From NCBI GenBank assembly GCA_035546455.1, contig DASZXA010000016.1, positions 31,806 to 95,805 of the forward strand: DNA of 64,000 nucleotides, read 5' to 3'. Positions 33,301-40,537 of this stretch are shown here, piece after piece. The notes under the pieces were generated by a model. The model saw nothing but the letters and a program-made list of their open reading frames with translations, was not told the DNA's origin and ran no database searches. The translations under genes and the position numbers were made by a program. Within the stretch, counting starts at the first letter, position 1. Every line of letters starts with the position of its first letter. The DNA comes from Pseudolabrys sp. (lineage in GTDB: Bacteria; Pseudomonadota; Alphaproteobacteria; Rhizobiales; Xanthobacteraceae).

Positions 33301-35446
33301 GACGCTTGTCAAAGGCGGCAGCACATTGAATTCCAATGCGGCAGGCCAGCTCGGCTCCGGCGCATTGAGCCTCGGCGATGCATCGACCGCCGGCACTCTT
33401 GCCGCGACCGACACCTTTACGATGGCGAACGCACTGTCGCTTGGTGATGGCGGCAGCACGGTCGATACCGCCAGCAGTAAAACATTGACGATTTCGGGTC
33501 AGGTCACGGGCACTGGTGGGCTTACGGTTGCCAATGCCGGCACGCTGGTTTTGAGCAACGCCGGCAACAATTATTCGGGCGGCACGACGATTAACAGCGG
33601 AGCGACCTTGCAAGGCGGCACGTCCAGCCTGCAAGGCAGCATCCTCAACAACGGCACGCTGGCGTTCAATCAATCCACCGACGGCACGTTCGTGAGCGCC
33701 ATCTCAGGCTCCGGCGCGGTCACTAAGAGTGGTACCGGCAATGTGACGTTCAGCGCCACGAGCAACTACACCGGCGCTACGACCGTCAACGGGGGCATTC
33801 TCTCCGTCAACGGCGATATCACCACCTCCAGCGGCATCCTCGTTAACAGCGGCGGCATCCTCGGCGGCGGTGGCTTCGTGCCGACCACGGTCATCGCCAG
33901 CGGCGGCACGCTGGCGCCGGGCAATTCAATCGGCACGATCACGGTCAACGGCAACCTGACCTTGAACTCCGGCGGCACCTACCGCGTCGAAGTCGACGCG
34001 TCGACGTCGGACAAGACCATTGTCATAGGCAGCGCGACGCTCGCCGGCGCATTGCTCGTGGTGCCGAGCGCGCGCATCACGACGTCGACCGTCTATACGA
34101 TCATGGATGCGGCCAGCTACGCCGGTGCCTTCGATACGACGTCGGTGAGCAATCCCTCGTTCGGCCGGGTGACCAGTGTGACGGTGTCCGGCAGCGACCT
34201 GCTGCTGACGCTCGGGCCGGGAACTGTTTCGCTTCCGGGTACCGCCAATGGCAATCAGACCAATGTTGCCAACGGCATCAACAACGCGCTCAACGCTGGC
34301 TCCGTCCCCAGCGCGCCGTTCACGACGTTGCTCGGCTACACGGGCACACAGCTTACGAATGCGCTGAGTCAGATATCCGGTCAGTCTTCGACCGGCAGTT
34401 CGACCGGCGGCATCCAGATGATGAACTCGTTCATGTCGATGATGCTCAATCCGTTCGGTGGAGCTCCGGAAGGCAATCAGGGCGCGATCGGTTACGCGCG
34501 CGCGTTCGGCGCTGGCGCTGGGGAGAAAACCGTTTCGCCGGAAGTTGCAGCCGCTTATGCAGCGGTGACGCCGAAAGACCGTCAGGCGGGTACCTTCGAA
34601 TCCCGCTGGTTCAGCTGGGCTCAGGTTTATGGCGGTTACAATACGACAAATGGCAGCGCCGCTTCGGGGACGAACGACGCCATCACGCGCATCGGTGGAA
34701 TCGTGGCTGGCCTCGATTATCGCGCTGGGCCCGACCTCGTGTTCGGTTTCGCCATGGGCGGCGCTGGACTGAACTGGAGCCTCTCTCAGGGTCTTGGCGG
34801 CGGCAACAGTGACTCGATGCAGATTGGCGCCTATGTGTCGCGGTCGTTTGGCCCGGCCTATCTCTCCGGCGCCGTGTCTTATGCGTGGCACGACATGACC
34901 ACGGATCGGACCGTCACCGCAGTGGGGATCGAGCGCGAGCACGCGACCTTCAATGCCACGGGCTTTGGCGGGCGTTTGGAAGGCGGCTACCGCTTCAATC
35001 TTCCTGCATTCAACATGACGCCTTATACCGCGTTGCAGGTGCAGCAATTCCACACGCCGGCTTACAGCGAGCGGGATCTGTCAGGCGTTGGCGCATTTGC
35101 CTTGAGCTATGACTCCCGCACCGTCACCGCCACGCGGTTCGAGCTTGGCTCGTGGTTCGAGAAGCTTGTCACGCTCGACAACAGGGATGTGCTCGCGCTC
35201 AGAACACGGTTCGCGTGGGCACACGATCATGCAAGCGGCGGTTCGCTGGGCGCCGCCTTCCAGGGGATGCCCGGTTCGAATTTCGTTGTAAATGGTGCGG
35301 CGGCGCCGAGCGACTCGCTTTTGCTGACCGCAGGCGCGGAATATCGGTTCACCAACCACGTCACCCTGGGCGCCAAGTTTGACAGCGAACTCGCCAGTCG
35401 CTCTCAGACCTACACGGGTCTTGGGACGGTCAAGTTCGACTGGTAG
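27362..35446 (+). CDS. large autotransporter (type Va) adhesin with glycine-rich domain and autotransporter-associated beta-strand repeats
   Basis: Extended signal peptide, GGAI/FxxN motifs, many NYSGGTTVN repeats, C-terminal beta-barrel ending VKFDW. Confidence 0.93.
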   Translation: MQGAGVGRRAGGPAVGRFFTSLRSVVVSLVLAVQAAWVFAPGVASATTYDANDTASLQAAIASVNAGAGGDTINITANITLSTELNAITKGVTITGNGNTISGNNQYRIFFVAAGSGNAVNISSLTLANGYAKGGNGGTEGGGGMGAGGAIFGMSGNITLTNVSFAGNAAQGGTGGGNGIVGGGGGLGGDGGTYNGSNYSGGGGGIGVNADGGTSTTAGSAGILVGSAGGGSGSGGTAGGINGGGGGGSGSNGAGGGGVGGGNGGSNGGNGGFGGGGGGAGGGVAGHGGFGGGGGGGYFGAIAGGSGGFGGGGGGGQIAAGGGFGGGNGSSSGLSGGGGGMGAGGSVFVCSATVDAACSATLTISNTANSTMDGTVNGGGSAGTGGTGAALGGSMFITGSTAAGLSAATGTTTTISNQIYGVNDQGLALSGGGTFVLGSSSNTFNGLTVSGTGTTVSVSGNGQMGTGTITFGDGTGIKFTAGGTYTNNVKVEGDPTFDTTGNTVTYTGQITDGSIPGDVEVIGGGTLVLTNTTNSYSGGTVVKDNSTLSLSAAGQIGSGSLTLGDASTSGTLAATNTFTLSNDVSLGAGNGAIDTASGKTLTVSGQITGTGHLTVTDTGTLVLSNTGNNYSGGTTVNSGATLQGTTSTLQGDILDNGAVVFSQATTGTYSGQLSGIGAVTITGGGNVTLGNTGNNYSGTTSVNGGSTLTITAAGQIGGSTLALGDASTSGTLAATNTLTLSNNVTLNAGGGTVDTANGQTLTLSGQITGTGGLTVADTGTLVLTNSSNNYSGGTTVNNGATLQGTTSSLQGAITDNGTVVFSQATTGTYSGALSGSGAVTVTGGGNVAFTNTGNNYSGGTTVKGGSTLTLDAAGEIGSNTLTLGDASTRGTLAAANTFTLANVISLGLGNGTIDTANGKTLTVSGQITGSGGLTVADTGTLLLTNNANNYSGGTTINSGATLQGTGSALKGNILDNGTLVFDLSAGGNTFTSAITGTGEVVVQGNNVLSLQSNGNTYQGGTTIINGGVVVVRDDRNLGDANGSVTLGDATTAGALANAITMTVGASRTITLNDGGGNGGILQAGGGTVMTVDSKITGAGMLNANGFGTLVLTNTANDYSGGTFISNGTLSIASDAVLGNVSGDVSMYNATLAATDTFTLNSGRTVTLSGPGGDTIDVASGKTLTIDGQVTGTAHLTVADTGTLVLTNTGNNYSGGTTVNAGATLQGNASSLQGNITDNGTVVFDLLPVNGVYTGALSGNGSVVVQGNGSVSFANTSNSYSGGTTIKQGAVLVISSDSQLGNVNGGVTLGDASTHGSLASSGSLTLAGTRTITLAGGGGYFLPAGGTVMTVDSKVTGTGTLTVNDSGTLVLTNVTNDYSGGTFVNNGGTLSIASDAVLGNIAGGVTLFGSKLAATDTFTLGSTRTVTLSGGNDTIDVASGKVLTIAGQVTGTGALVVTDSGTLVLGNATNNYLGGTTVNGGATVSIGDDGALGSGNLSLGDASTSGTLKATGTFTLSSGRTVTLNDGGSVIDTAAGQTFTVASKITGTGGLTVTDTGTLVLINTNNDYSGGTTISGGGRLSIDSDALLGNAGGGVTFNGGTLIASDDFTLSSGRTVTLGVGGGTFDALTGKTLAVAGQVTGGGALAIGGAGTVVLTNAGNNYSGSTTVSGGATLSVGAAGVLGSTSGLVLDNGTFAATNSFTVSSGVSLGAGGGTVDTASGKTLTFSGQITGAGALTVADSGTLVLSNAGNNYSGGTTVNSGATLQGTTSSLQGAITDNGAVVFNQATTGTYAGLLSGSGAVAVDGGGNVTFSNTGNSYAGTTVKGGSTLTVDAAGEIGSGALNLGDASTAGTLAAANTFTLSNAVSLGAGGSTVDTASGKTLTLSGQITGNGALVVANSGTLVLANAGNNYSGGTTVNSGANLQGTTASLQGAIVDNGTVIFNQGTTGTYAGALSGSGAVTVDGGGNVTLSNAANNYAGGTLVKGGSTLNSNAAGQLGSGALSLGDASTAGTLAATDTFTMANALSLGDGGSTVDTASSKTLTISGQVTGTGGLTVANAGTLVLSNAGNNYSGGTTINSGATLQGGTSSLQGSILNNGTLAFNQSTDGTFVSAISGSGAVTKSGTGNVTFSATSNYTGATTVNGGILSVNGDITTSSGILVNSGGILGGGGFVPTTVIASGGTLAPGNSIGTITVNGNLTLNSGGTYRVEVDASTSDKTIVIGSATLAGALLVVPSARITTSTVYTIMDAASYAGAFDTTSVSNPSFGRVTSVTVSGSDLLLTLGPGTVSLPGTANGNQTNVANGINNALNAGSVPSAPFTTLLGYTGTQLTNALSQISGQSSTGSSTGGIQMMNSFMSMMLNPFGGAPEGNQGAIGYARAFGAGAGEKTVSPEVAAAYAAVTPKDRQAGTFESRWFSWAQVYGGYNTTNGSAASGTNDAITRIGGIVAGLDYRAGPDLVFGFAMGGAGLNWSLSQGLGGGNSDSMQIGAYVSRSFGPAYLSGAVSYAWHDMTTDRTVTAVGIEREHATFNATGFGGRLEGGYRFNLPAFNMTPYTALQVQQFHTPAYSERDLSGVGAFALSYDSRTVTATRFELGSWFEKLVTLDNRDVLALRTRFAWAHDHASGGSLGAAFQGMPGSNFVVNGAAAPSDSLLLTAGAEYRFTNHVTLGAKFDSELASRSQTYTGLGTVKFDW
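29246..33770 (+). repeat. modular intragenic repeats in the autotransporter passenger
   Basis: Homologous NYSGG anchors at 29246, 29726, 30206, 30992, 31769, 32057, 32339, 32612, 33089, 33569 (spacings 480, 480, 786, 777, 288, 282, 273, 477, 480 bp). Confidence 0.88.
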
Positions 35447-35591
35447 GCATTCAAGCGAGTTCCTCATCATTCAGGGTAAAGCGCGCAACATCCAGGGCGC
35501 GTTGTACGGCGATATCGTCGCGAGAATGGCCAAAACTTCGCAGTTTGATGGTGTCCGTAGATGCGATATCACGCCAAGATGTCAGCCAAAA

Positions 35592-36410
35592 TTATTTGCC
35601 TTTTGCGCGCCTTTTTTTCGAAGCCGCTGGTTCTTTTGTAGACATCCTCGGGCGTTTTGCTGGCCGGATAGTTGGCAAAATCGTAATCATTGTGTCAGCG
35701 CTGTCGTCATCGAACGACCGGCGCAAGCGCCCGATGTCGAGATGCGCTTCGAACATCTGCTGGAATTTCTGTTTGTCGCCATCGCGCAAGAATTGATACA
35801 GCGCGATGTGCTCCTGATGAAAAAGGCTTGCGTCGCCCGGCGCTTTGCCGATCTTGACCCACGCTTGCACCCAGATCTGGTGAACAAGGCTCTGCATACG
35901 CCGGAGCAATTCGTTCTGGCAGATAACTCCCAAAGCTCGCTCGAAGCTGACGATCAGATCGCCGCGTTCGTCGTCTTCGCCTATCAATTCGCTGCGCGCC
36001 TGAATTGTGTCCCAGACAAGCGCAAGGTTCTTGCTAGTCCGGTGCGGCCAGGCCGCCTCACCGATCGCGAGATCGATCGCATTGCGCAGAGGCGCAAGCT
36101 GCAGAATAAACTCGCGGTTATAAGGCAGTCCGCGTGTGAGGCTGGCGATCGTCGTGTCTTGTGCCGGGTTTGACACAAACGTGCCCGAGCCCTGCTGCGC
36201 TGTGACGCGCCCGTAACTTTCCAGCACTTTGAGTGCCATGCGCACAGACGCGCGGCTGACGCCGAGCTGCTCAGACAATTGGCGGTCACTCGGTAATTGA
36301 TCACCAGGCTGCAAGCCATTCGCGGCGATCACTTTCTCTAGGCGCTCGATCACCTCTTGATAGATCGCGATGCGCTGGATCGGCTCGAGATGAAAGCTGC
36401 GTTTGCCCAT
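35592..36410 (-). CDS. FadR/GntR family transcriptional regulator
   Basis: LQPGDQLPSDRQLSEQLGVSRASVRMALKVLESYG...QGSGTFV HTH, FCD domain; ATG 36410 preferred over the longer ORF call, which overlaps the divergent gene. Confidence 0.93.
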   Translation of the reverse strand: MGKRSFHLEPIQRIAIYQEVIERLEKVIAANGLQPGDQLPSDRQLSEQLGVSRASVRMALKVLESYGRVTAQQGSGTFVSNPAQDTTIASLTRGLPYNREFILQLAPLRNAIDLAIGEAAWPHRTSKNLALVWDTIQARSELIGEDDERGDLIVSFERALGVICQNELLRRMQSLVHQIWVQAWVKIGKAPGDASLFHQEHIALYQFLRDGDKQKFQQMFEAHLDIGRLRRSFDDDSADTMITILPTIRPAKRPRMSTKEPAASKKRRAKGK

Positions 36411-36444
36411 GCGTCTCTCTACAACCGGATCGGCAAAAAGGCAA

Positions 36445-36471
36445 AGTGGACTGTCCACTATCCATTTGACA
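36445..36471. promoter_or_regulatory. operator palindrome AGTGGAC-T-GTCCACT next to a TTGACA -35 box
   Basis: Perfect 7-1-7 palindrome at 36445-36459 and TTGACA at 36466-36471 in the divergent regulator/operon spacer. Confidence 0.6.
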
Positions 36472-36559
36472 TCTAGCCATTTGTTCTTTCTAGTTGTCCG
36501 AAGGACCGACCAGCCCACGCTATTGCTGCGTTCGAACGGGTCTGTGTGTAGGACGATCG

Positions 36560-37402
36560 ATGCGTTATTCGCGCGAAGAAGTGCTGCGCCAACTGCGTGG
36601 TGAGGTAGCTGCCGGCAAGCCGATCGTGGTCGCGGGAGCTGGCACCGGGATTTCCGCAAAGTTCGCCGAAGCCGGCGGCGCCGATCTCATCGTCATCTAT
36701 AACTCTGGCCGCTATCGAATGGCAGGCCACAGTTCGGTCGCCGGCTTGATGGCCTACGGCGACGCCAATCAAATTGTTTACGAGATGGGCAACCGCGAGG
36801 TGCTGCCCGTCGTGAAGAAAACGCCAGTGATCGCCGGCGTCAATGGGACTGACCCGACCCGGCAGATGGACCATTTCCTCGGCCGCCTGGACGATCTTGG
36901 GTTCTCTGGCGTCATCAATTTTCCGACCGTCGGCTTGATCGACGGGCGCATACGCGCGGAACTCGAAGCGACCGGCTTGGGTTTCGAGCGCGAGATCGAA
37001 ATGATCCGTCTCGCGCGCAAGCGGTCCTTTTTCACGATGGTCTACGTCTTTACGCCCGAGGAAGCGCGGCTGATGGCCGACGCGGGCGCGGACGTGATTG
37101 TCGCGCATCTTGGCACCACTGTCGGCGGCACTACCGGCATGGGGAAGGAAGCGTCTGTCGCGCTCGAACGCGCCCCGGGCCAGGTCGACGCTATTGGTGC
37201 CGCTGCGAAAGAGATTAATCGCGAAGTATTGGTGCTCTCGCATGGAGGACCGATCGCGACACCTGAGGACGCTCGTTACGTGCTTGAGCGCTGTGACGCT
37301 GTCGGTTTCGTGGGCGCCTCAAGCATGGAGCGTTTGCCGGTCGAAACAGCGATTTCCGGCACGACGCGTCGTTTCAAAGACATTCAAATCCGCCGGCGCT
37401 AA
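36560..37402 (+). CDS. phosphoenolpyruvate hydrolase-like / TIM-barrel signal transduction family protein
   Basis: GAGTGISAKFAEAGGADLIVIYNSGRYRMAG, LMAYGDAN, NFPTVGLIDG, HGGPI, GFVGASSMERLP. Confidence 0.92.
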   Translation: MRYSREEVLRQLRGEVAAGKPIVVAGAGTGISAKFAEAGGADLIVIYNSGRYRMAGHSSVAGLMAYGDANQIVYEMGNREVLPVVKKTPVIAGVNGTDPTRQMDHFLGRLDDLGFSGVINFPTVGLIDGRIRAELEATGLGFEREIEMIRLARKRSFFTMVYVFTPEEARLMADAGADVIVAHLGTTVGGTTGMGKEASVALERAPGQVDAIGAAAKEINREVLVLSHGGPIATPEDARYVLERCDAVGFVGASSMERLPVETAISGTTRRFKDIQIRRR

Positions 37403-37430
37403 TTCGTCGGCAGAGGCAACGGAGGACGTA

Positions 37431-38237
37431 GTGAAGCAGGGATTGGTTTGGGATTGGGACAAGCTCAAGCAGGGACTCGCCGATAGCGTGACGATCATCG
37501 TCGGCGGCGCGCGGGGAACAGGTAAGCAGGCGGCGCTGTCGTTACTGCAGCTTGGCGGATCGGTCGCGATCGGCGACATCAACCGCGAGCGTCTCGATAA
37601 AACGATGGTCGAGTTTAAGGCCGCGGGCCACACCAAAGCTCTGGCGGTGCCCACTGACATCACCAAGCCCGATCAGGTGCGCAATCTCGTCGACCAGACC
37701 GTCAAGCATTTTGGCAAGCTCGACAACGTCGTTTTCGCGGCTGGTGCCTATCGCGCCCAAAAGTCGAGCCTTGAGACCGATCTCGAAGAATGGCGTCTGA
37801 TCGTCGATTCCAATCTGACCGGCGCATTCTTGATCGATCAAGCCGCGATCCCGCACATGATCAAGGCGGGTGGCGGTAACATCGTCCACATCTCGTCGAA
37901 TGCGGGTCGCACTGTCAGCACATTTCTCGGCTGCCATTACACGGCCGCTAAGTCGGGCATTCTGGGTCTCACCCGCCATTTCGCAAAGGAATTCGGCGAC
38001 AAGGGTATCCGCGTAAATTCGATTGCTCCGGGTGGGGTCGTCGGCGAACGCATGACCGATCTCATCACAGAGCTGCATCGCGAGCAGATGCTCGTCGATA
38101 TTGCGAAGAACACGCCGCTCGGCCGCAACGTTGAAGAGCGCGACGTGGTCGGAGCGATCCTTTTCCTGCTGTCCGATCTGTCGGGCTTCATCACCGGTGC
38201 ATCGCTCGATGTCACCGGCGGCATCTACATGCTCTGA
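37431..38237 (+). CDS. short-chain dehydrogenase/reductase
   Basis: GGARGTG, HYTAAK, RVNSIAPG; GGAGG RBS then GTG 37431. Confidence 0.9.
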   Translation: MKQGLVWDWDKLKQGLADSVTIIVGGARGTGKQAALSLLQLGGSVAIGDINRERLDKTMVEFKAAGHTKALAVPTDITKPDQVRNLVDQTVKHFGKLDNVVFAAGAYRAQKSSLETDLEEWRLIVDSNLTGAFLIDQAAIPHMIKAGGGNIVHISSNAGRTVSTFLGCHYTAAKSGILGLTRHFAKEFGDKGIRVNSIAPGGVVGERMTDLITELHREQMLVDIAKNTPLGRNVEERDVVGAILFLLSDLSGFITGASLDVTGGIYML

Positions 38238-38252
38238 GGTCGGGGACGCGCT

Positions 38253-39515
38253 GTGGCCAAGACGATCGCTCTCTTGGGTGCTCTGGACACGAAGGAAGAT
38301 GATTTTGCCTTCGTTCGATCGGAGATCGAGCGTCGCGGCCATCGCGCACTGCTGATCGACGTCGGCGTTCTAGGCGGGCCACAGCAGCTCCGCCCCGACG
38401 TCACGCGGAACGATGTCGCGGCTGCCGGCGGAAGCCAACTCCGCGATCTCGTCGCGCGTCAGGATCGCGGTGAAGCTGTGACCGCAATGGCACGCGGGTC
38501 CGCCATACAGCTTCGGCGGTTGTTCGATGCCGGAAAAATCGATGCCGTGATGGCGATGGGCGGCGGAGCGGGTACGACGATCGGCGCTGAAGCGATGCGC
38601 GGATTGTCCATTGGCGTGCCGAAGCTCCTCGTTTCAACCGTGGCCTCGGGCAATACCGAGCCGTACATCGGCCTTTCCGATATCGTCATGATGCCGGCCG
38701 TTGCCGATATCGCGGGGCTGAATCGGATCAGCCGGGGAGTCTATGCACGCGCTGCTGGCGCGATCTGCGGCATGGCTGATGCAGCCACCGCTGCGAGGGC
38801 GTCGGATCGCCCGCTTGTCGCAGCGACCATGTTCGGCGTCACCACGCCCTGCGTTCTTCGCGCCCGCGAGCGCCTCGAAGCGGCGGGGTGCGAGGTCGTT
38901 GTATTCCACGCGACCGGAGCCGGCGGCCGAACGATGGAGCAGCTCATCACGGATGGGCTTGTCGACGCGGTACTTGATATCACCACCACGGAATGGGCCG
39001 ACGAGCTGGTCGGCGGAATTCTGTCGGCTGGGTCGCATCGGTTGGAAGCCGCCGCGAATAAAAGAATACCCCAGGTCGTCTCGGTGGGCGCGCTCGACAT
39101 GGCGAACTTTGGCGCACCGGAGACTATTCCGGCCAAATTCAAGGACCGTCGACTCTATCGCCACAACGCCTTGAACACGCTGTTACGGACAAATGCAGCG
39201 GAGTCGGCGGAGCTCGGACGGATCATTGCAGAGAAGCTCAATCGCGTGACATCTCCGGCCGTTCTGCTCCTGCCGCTGCGCGGGATGTCCGCGCTCGACG
39301 CACCGGGAAAAGATTTTGACGATCCGCGGGCCCGCGCGGCGCTCTATGACGCCCTGCGTACGAATGTCGACCGCAAAAAGGTCGAGGTTCGTGATGTCGA
39401 CTGCCACATCAACGATCCGGACTTTGCTGACATAGCAGCCTCAACTTTGCTGGATCTTCTGGCGCAATCCCGTGGAGCCCATACGGATCGCGTTCAAAAA
39501 AGGAGTGTGAATTAA
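38253..39515 (+). CDS. Tm-1-like ATP-binding domain protein (UPF0261)
   Basis: LGALDTK, MGGGAGT, GVPKLLVSTVASG, ATMFGVTTPCV, VFHATGAGG, DITTTEWADELVGG, GALDMANFG. Confidence 0.93.
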   Translation: MAKTIALLGALDTKEDDFAFVRSEIERRGHRALLIDVGVLGGPQQLRPDVTRNDVAAAGGSQLRDLVARQDRGEAVTAMARGSAIQLRRLFDAGKIDAVMAMGGGAGTTIGAEAMRGLSIGVPKLLVSTVASGNTEPYIGLSDIVMMPAVADIAGLNRISRGVYARAAGAICGMADAATAARASDRPLVAATMFGVTTPCVLRARERLEAAGCEVVVFHATGAGGRTMEQLITDGLVDAVLDITTTEWADELVGGILSAGSHRLEAAANKRIPQVVSVGALDMANFGAPETIPAKFKDRRLYRHNALNTLLRTNAAESAELGRIIAEKLNRVTSPAVLLLPLRGMSALDAPGKDFDDPRARAALYDALRTNVDRKKVEVRDVDCHINDPDFADIAASTLLDLLAQSRGAHTDRVQKRSVN

Positions 39516-40523
39516 ATGTCGGCTTCTTTAAGCAATCGCGTTGGCGTCGCTCTCATCGGGCCGGGCCGTATCGCGACTGCTCATCTCGCTGCTGTCGGCG
39601 CCGGCAAGGATATTGCCGATCTCGTCGCCATTGCCGGTCTGCCCGAAGAGTTGAAGCGGACGCAGGAACTCGCGGCGCGGTTTGGCGCGGCGAAGTCGCT
39701 GACCTCGACTGCTGATGTGTTCAAGGATCCGGCGATTGCGGCGGTCATCATCACGACCGGAAATCACTTGCATGCGCCGTTGGCCATCGAGGCGCTTAAC
39801 GCTGGCAAGCATGTCCTCGTCGAGAAGCCGCTCACCACGTCGACGGCCGACTGTGACGCGATGATCGCGGCGGCAAAAAGCAACAACCGGATTCTGATGT
39901 CCGCCCAATGCCGTCGGTATTTCAAGGGCGCGATGACGGTTCGCGAACGTATCGCGGAGCTCGGCCGGCCGCTCAACGTCATCAGCATTCTTGGAGTCTT
40001 TTCCGATCAGCCAAAGACCAATTGGTGGAGTTCGGCGAAATCTACCGGCGGTCTCGCCCTCGGACTCAATGGTCCGCACGTGGTCGACACCATGACGTGG
40101 TGGATCGGTTCGCGGCCGACCCGCGTGTATGCGCAGACGCAGCGCTACCGGCAGGTGTGGGAAGGCGAGGATGAAGCTTCGCTGATGATTTCGTTCGAAG
40201 ACGGCAGCATGGCGACAGGCCACGTGTCGCTCAACATGAAGCACGATATCAACGAGCGCGTCATCGTCGGCCCCAAGGGGATGATGAAGCTCATCAACGA
40301 TCGCGAGCTTTGGCTTAATGGCGAGAAAATCGTCGAAGAGCCTGTGACGCCCTACATCGATGGCGACATCAGCTTCGAACGTCAATTCCGCGAATTTGCG
40401 TCCGCTATCCGTGACGGACGCCAGCCATTGGCGTCCGCCGAGGACGTGCGGCCGTCCGTGATGGTGCTGGAAGCCGCCCTTGAATCCGCCGCACGCAATC
40501 AAGCGGTCGATCTGCCGCAATAG
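39516..40523 (+). CDS. Gfo/Idh/MocA family oxidoreductase
   Basis: IGPGRIA, HVLVEKPL, GPHVVD. Confidence 0.92.
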   Translation: MSASLSNRVGVALIGPGRIATAHLAAVGAGKDIADLVAIAGLPEELKRTQELAARFGAAKSLTSTADVFKDPAIAAVIITTGNHLHAPLAIEALNAGKHVLVEKPLTTSTADCDAMIAAAKSNNRILMSAQCRRYFKGAMTVRERIAELGRPLNVISILGVFSDQPKTNWWSSAKSTGGLALGLNGPHVVDTMTWWIGSRPTRVYAQTQRYRQVWEGEDEASLMISFEDGSMATGHVSLNMKHDINERVIVGPKGMMKLINDRELWLNGEKIVEEPVTPYIDGDISFERQFREFASAIRDGRQPLASAEDVRPSVMVLEAALESAARNQAVDLPQ

Positions 40524-40537
40524 GAAGAGTCGCGTAA

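Noticed and set aside
28960-33770. Regularly spaced repeats that might be read as a CRISPR array or mobile repeats
   Set aside because: All spacings are multiples of three inside one ORF, repeats are degenerate at synonymous sites, and there are no cas genes.
35447-35591. Minus-strand open stretch (TDTIKLRSFGHSRDDIAVQRALDVARF) between the autotransporter and the regulator
   Set aside because: No start codon and no recognisable family; too short to call a pseudogene.
36411-36659. 82-aa N-terminal extension of the GntR regulator in the ORF track
   Set aside because: It overlaps the divergent promoter and the TIM-barrel gene; the HTH begins just after ATG 36410.
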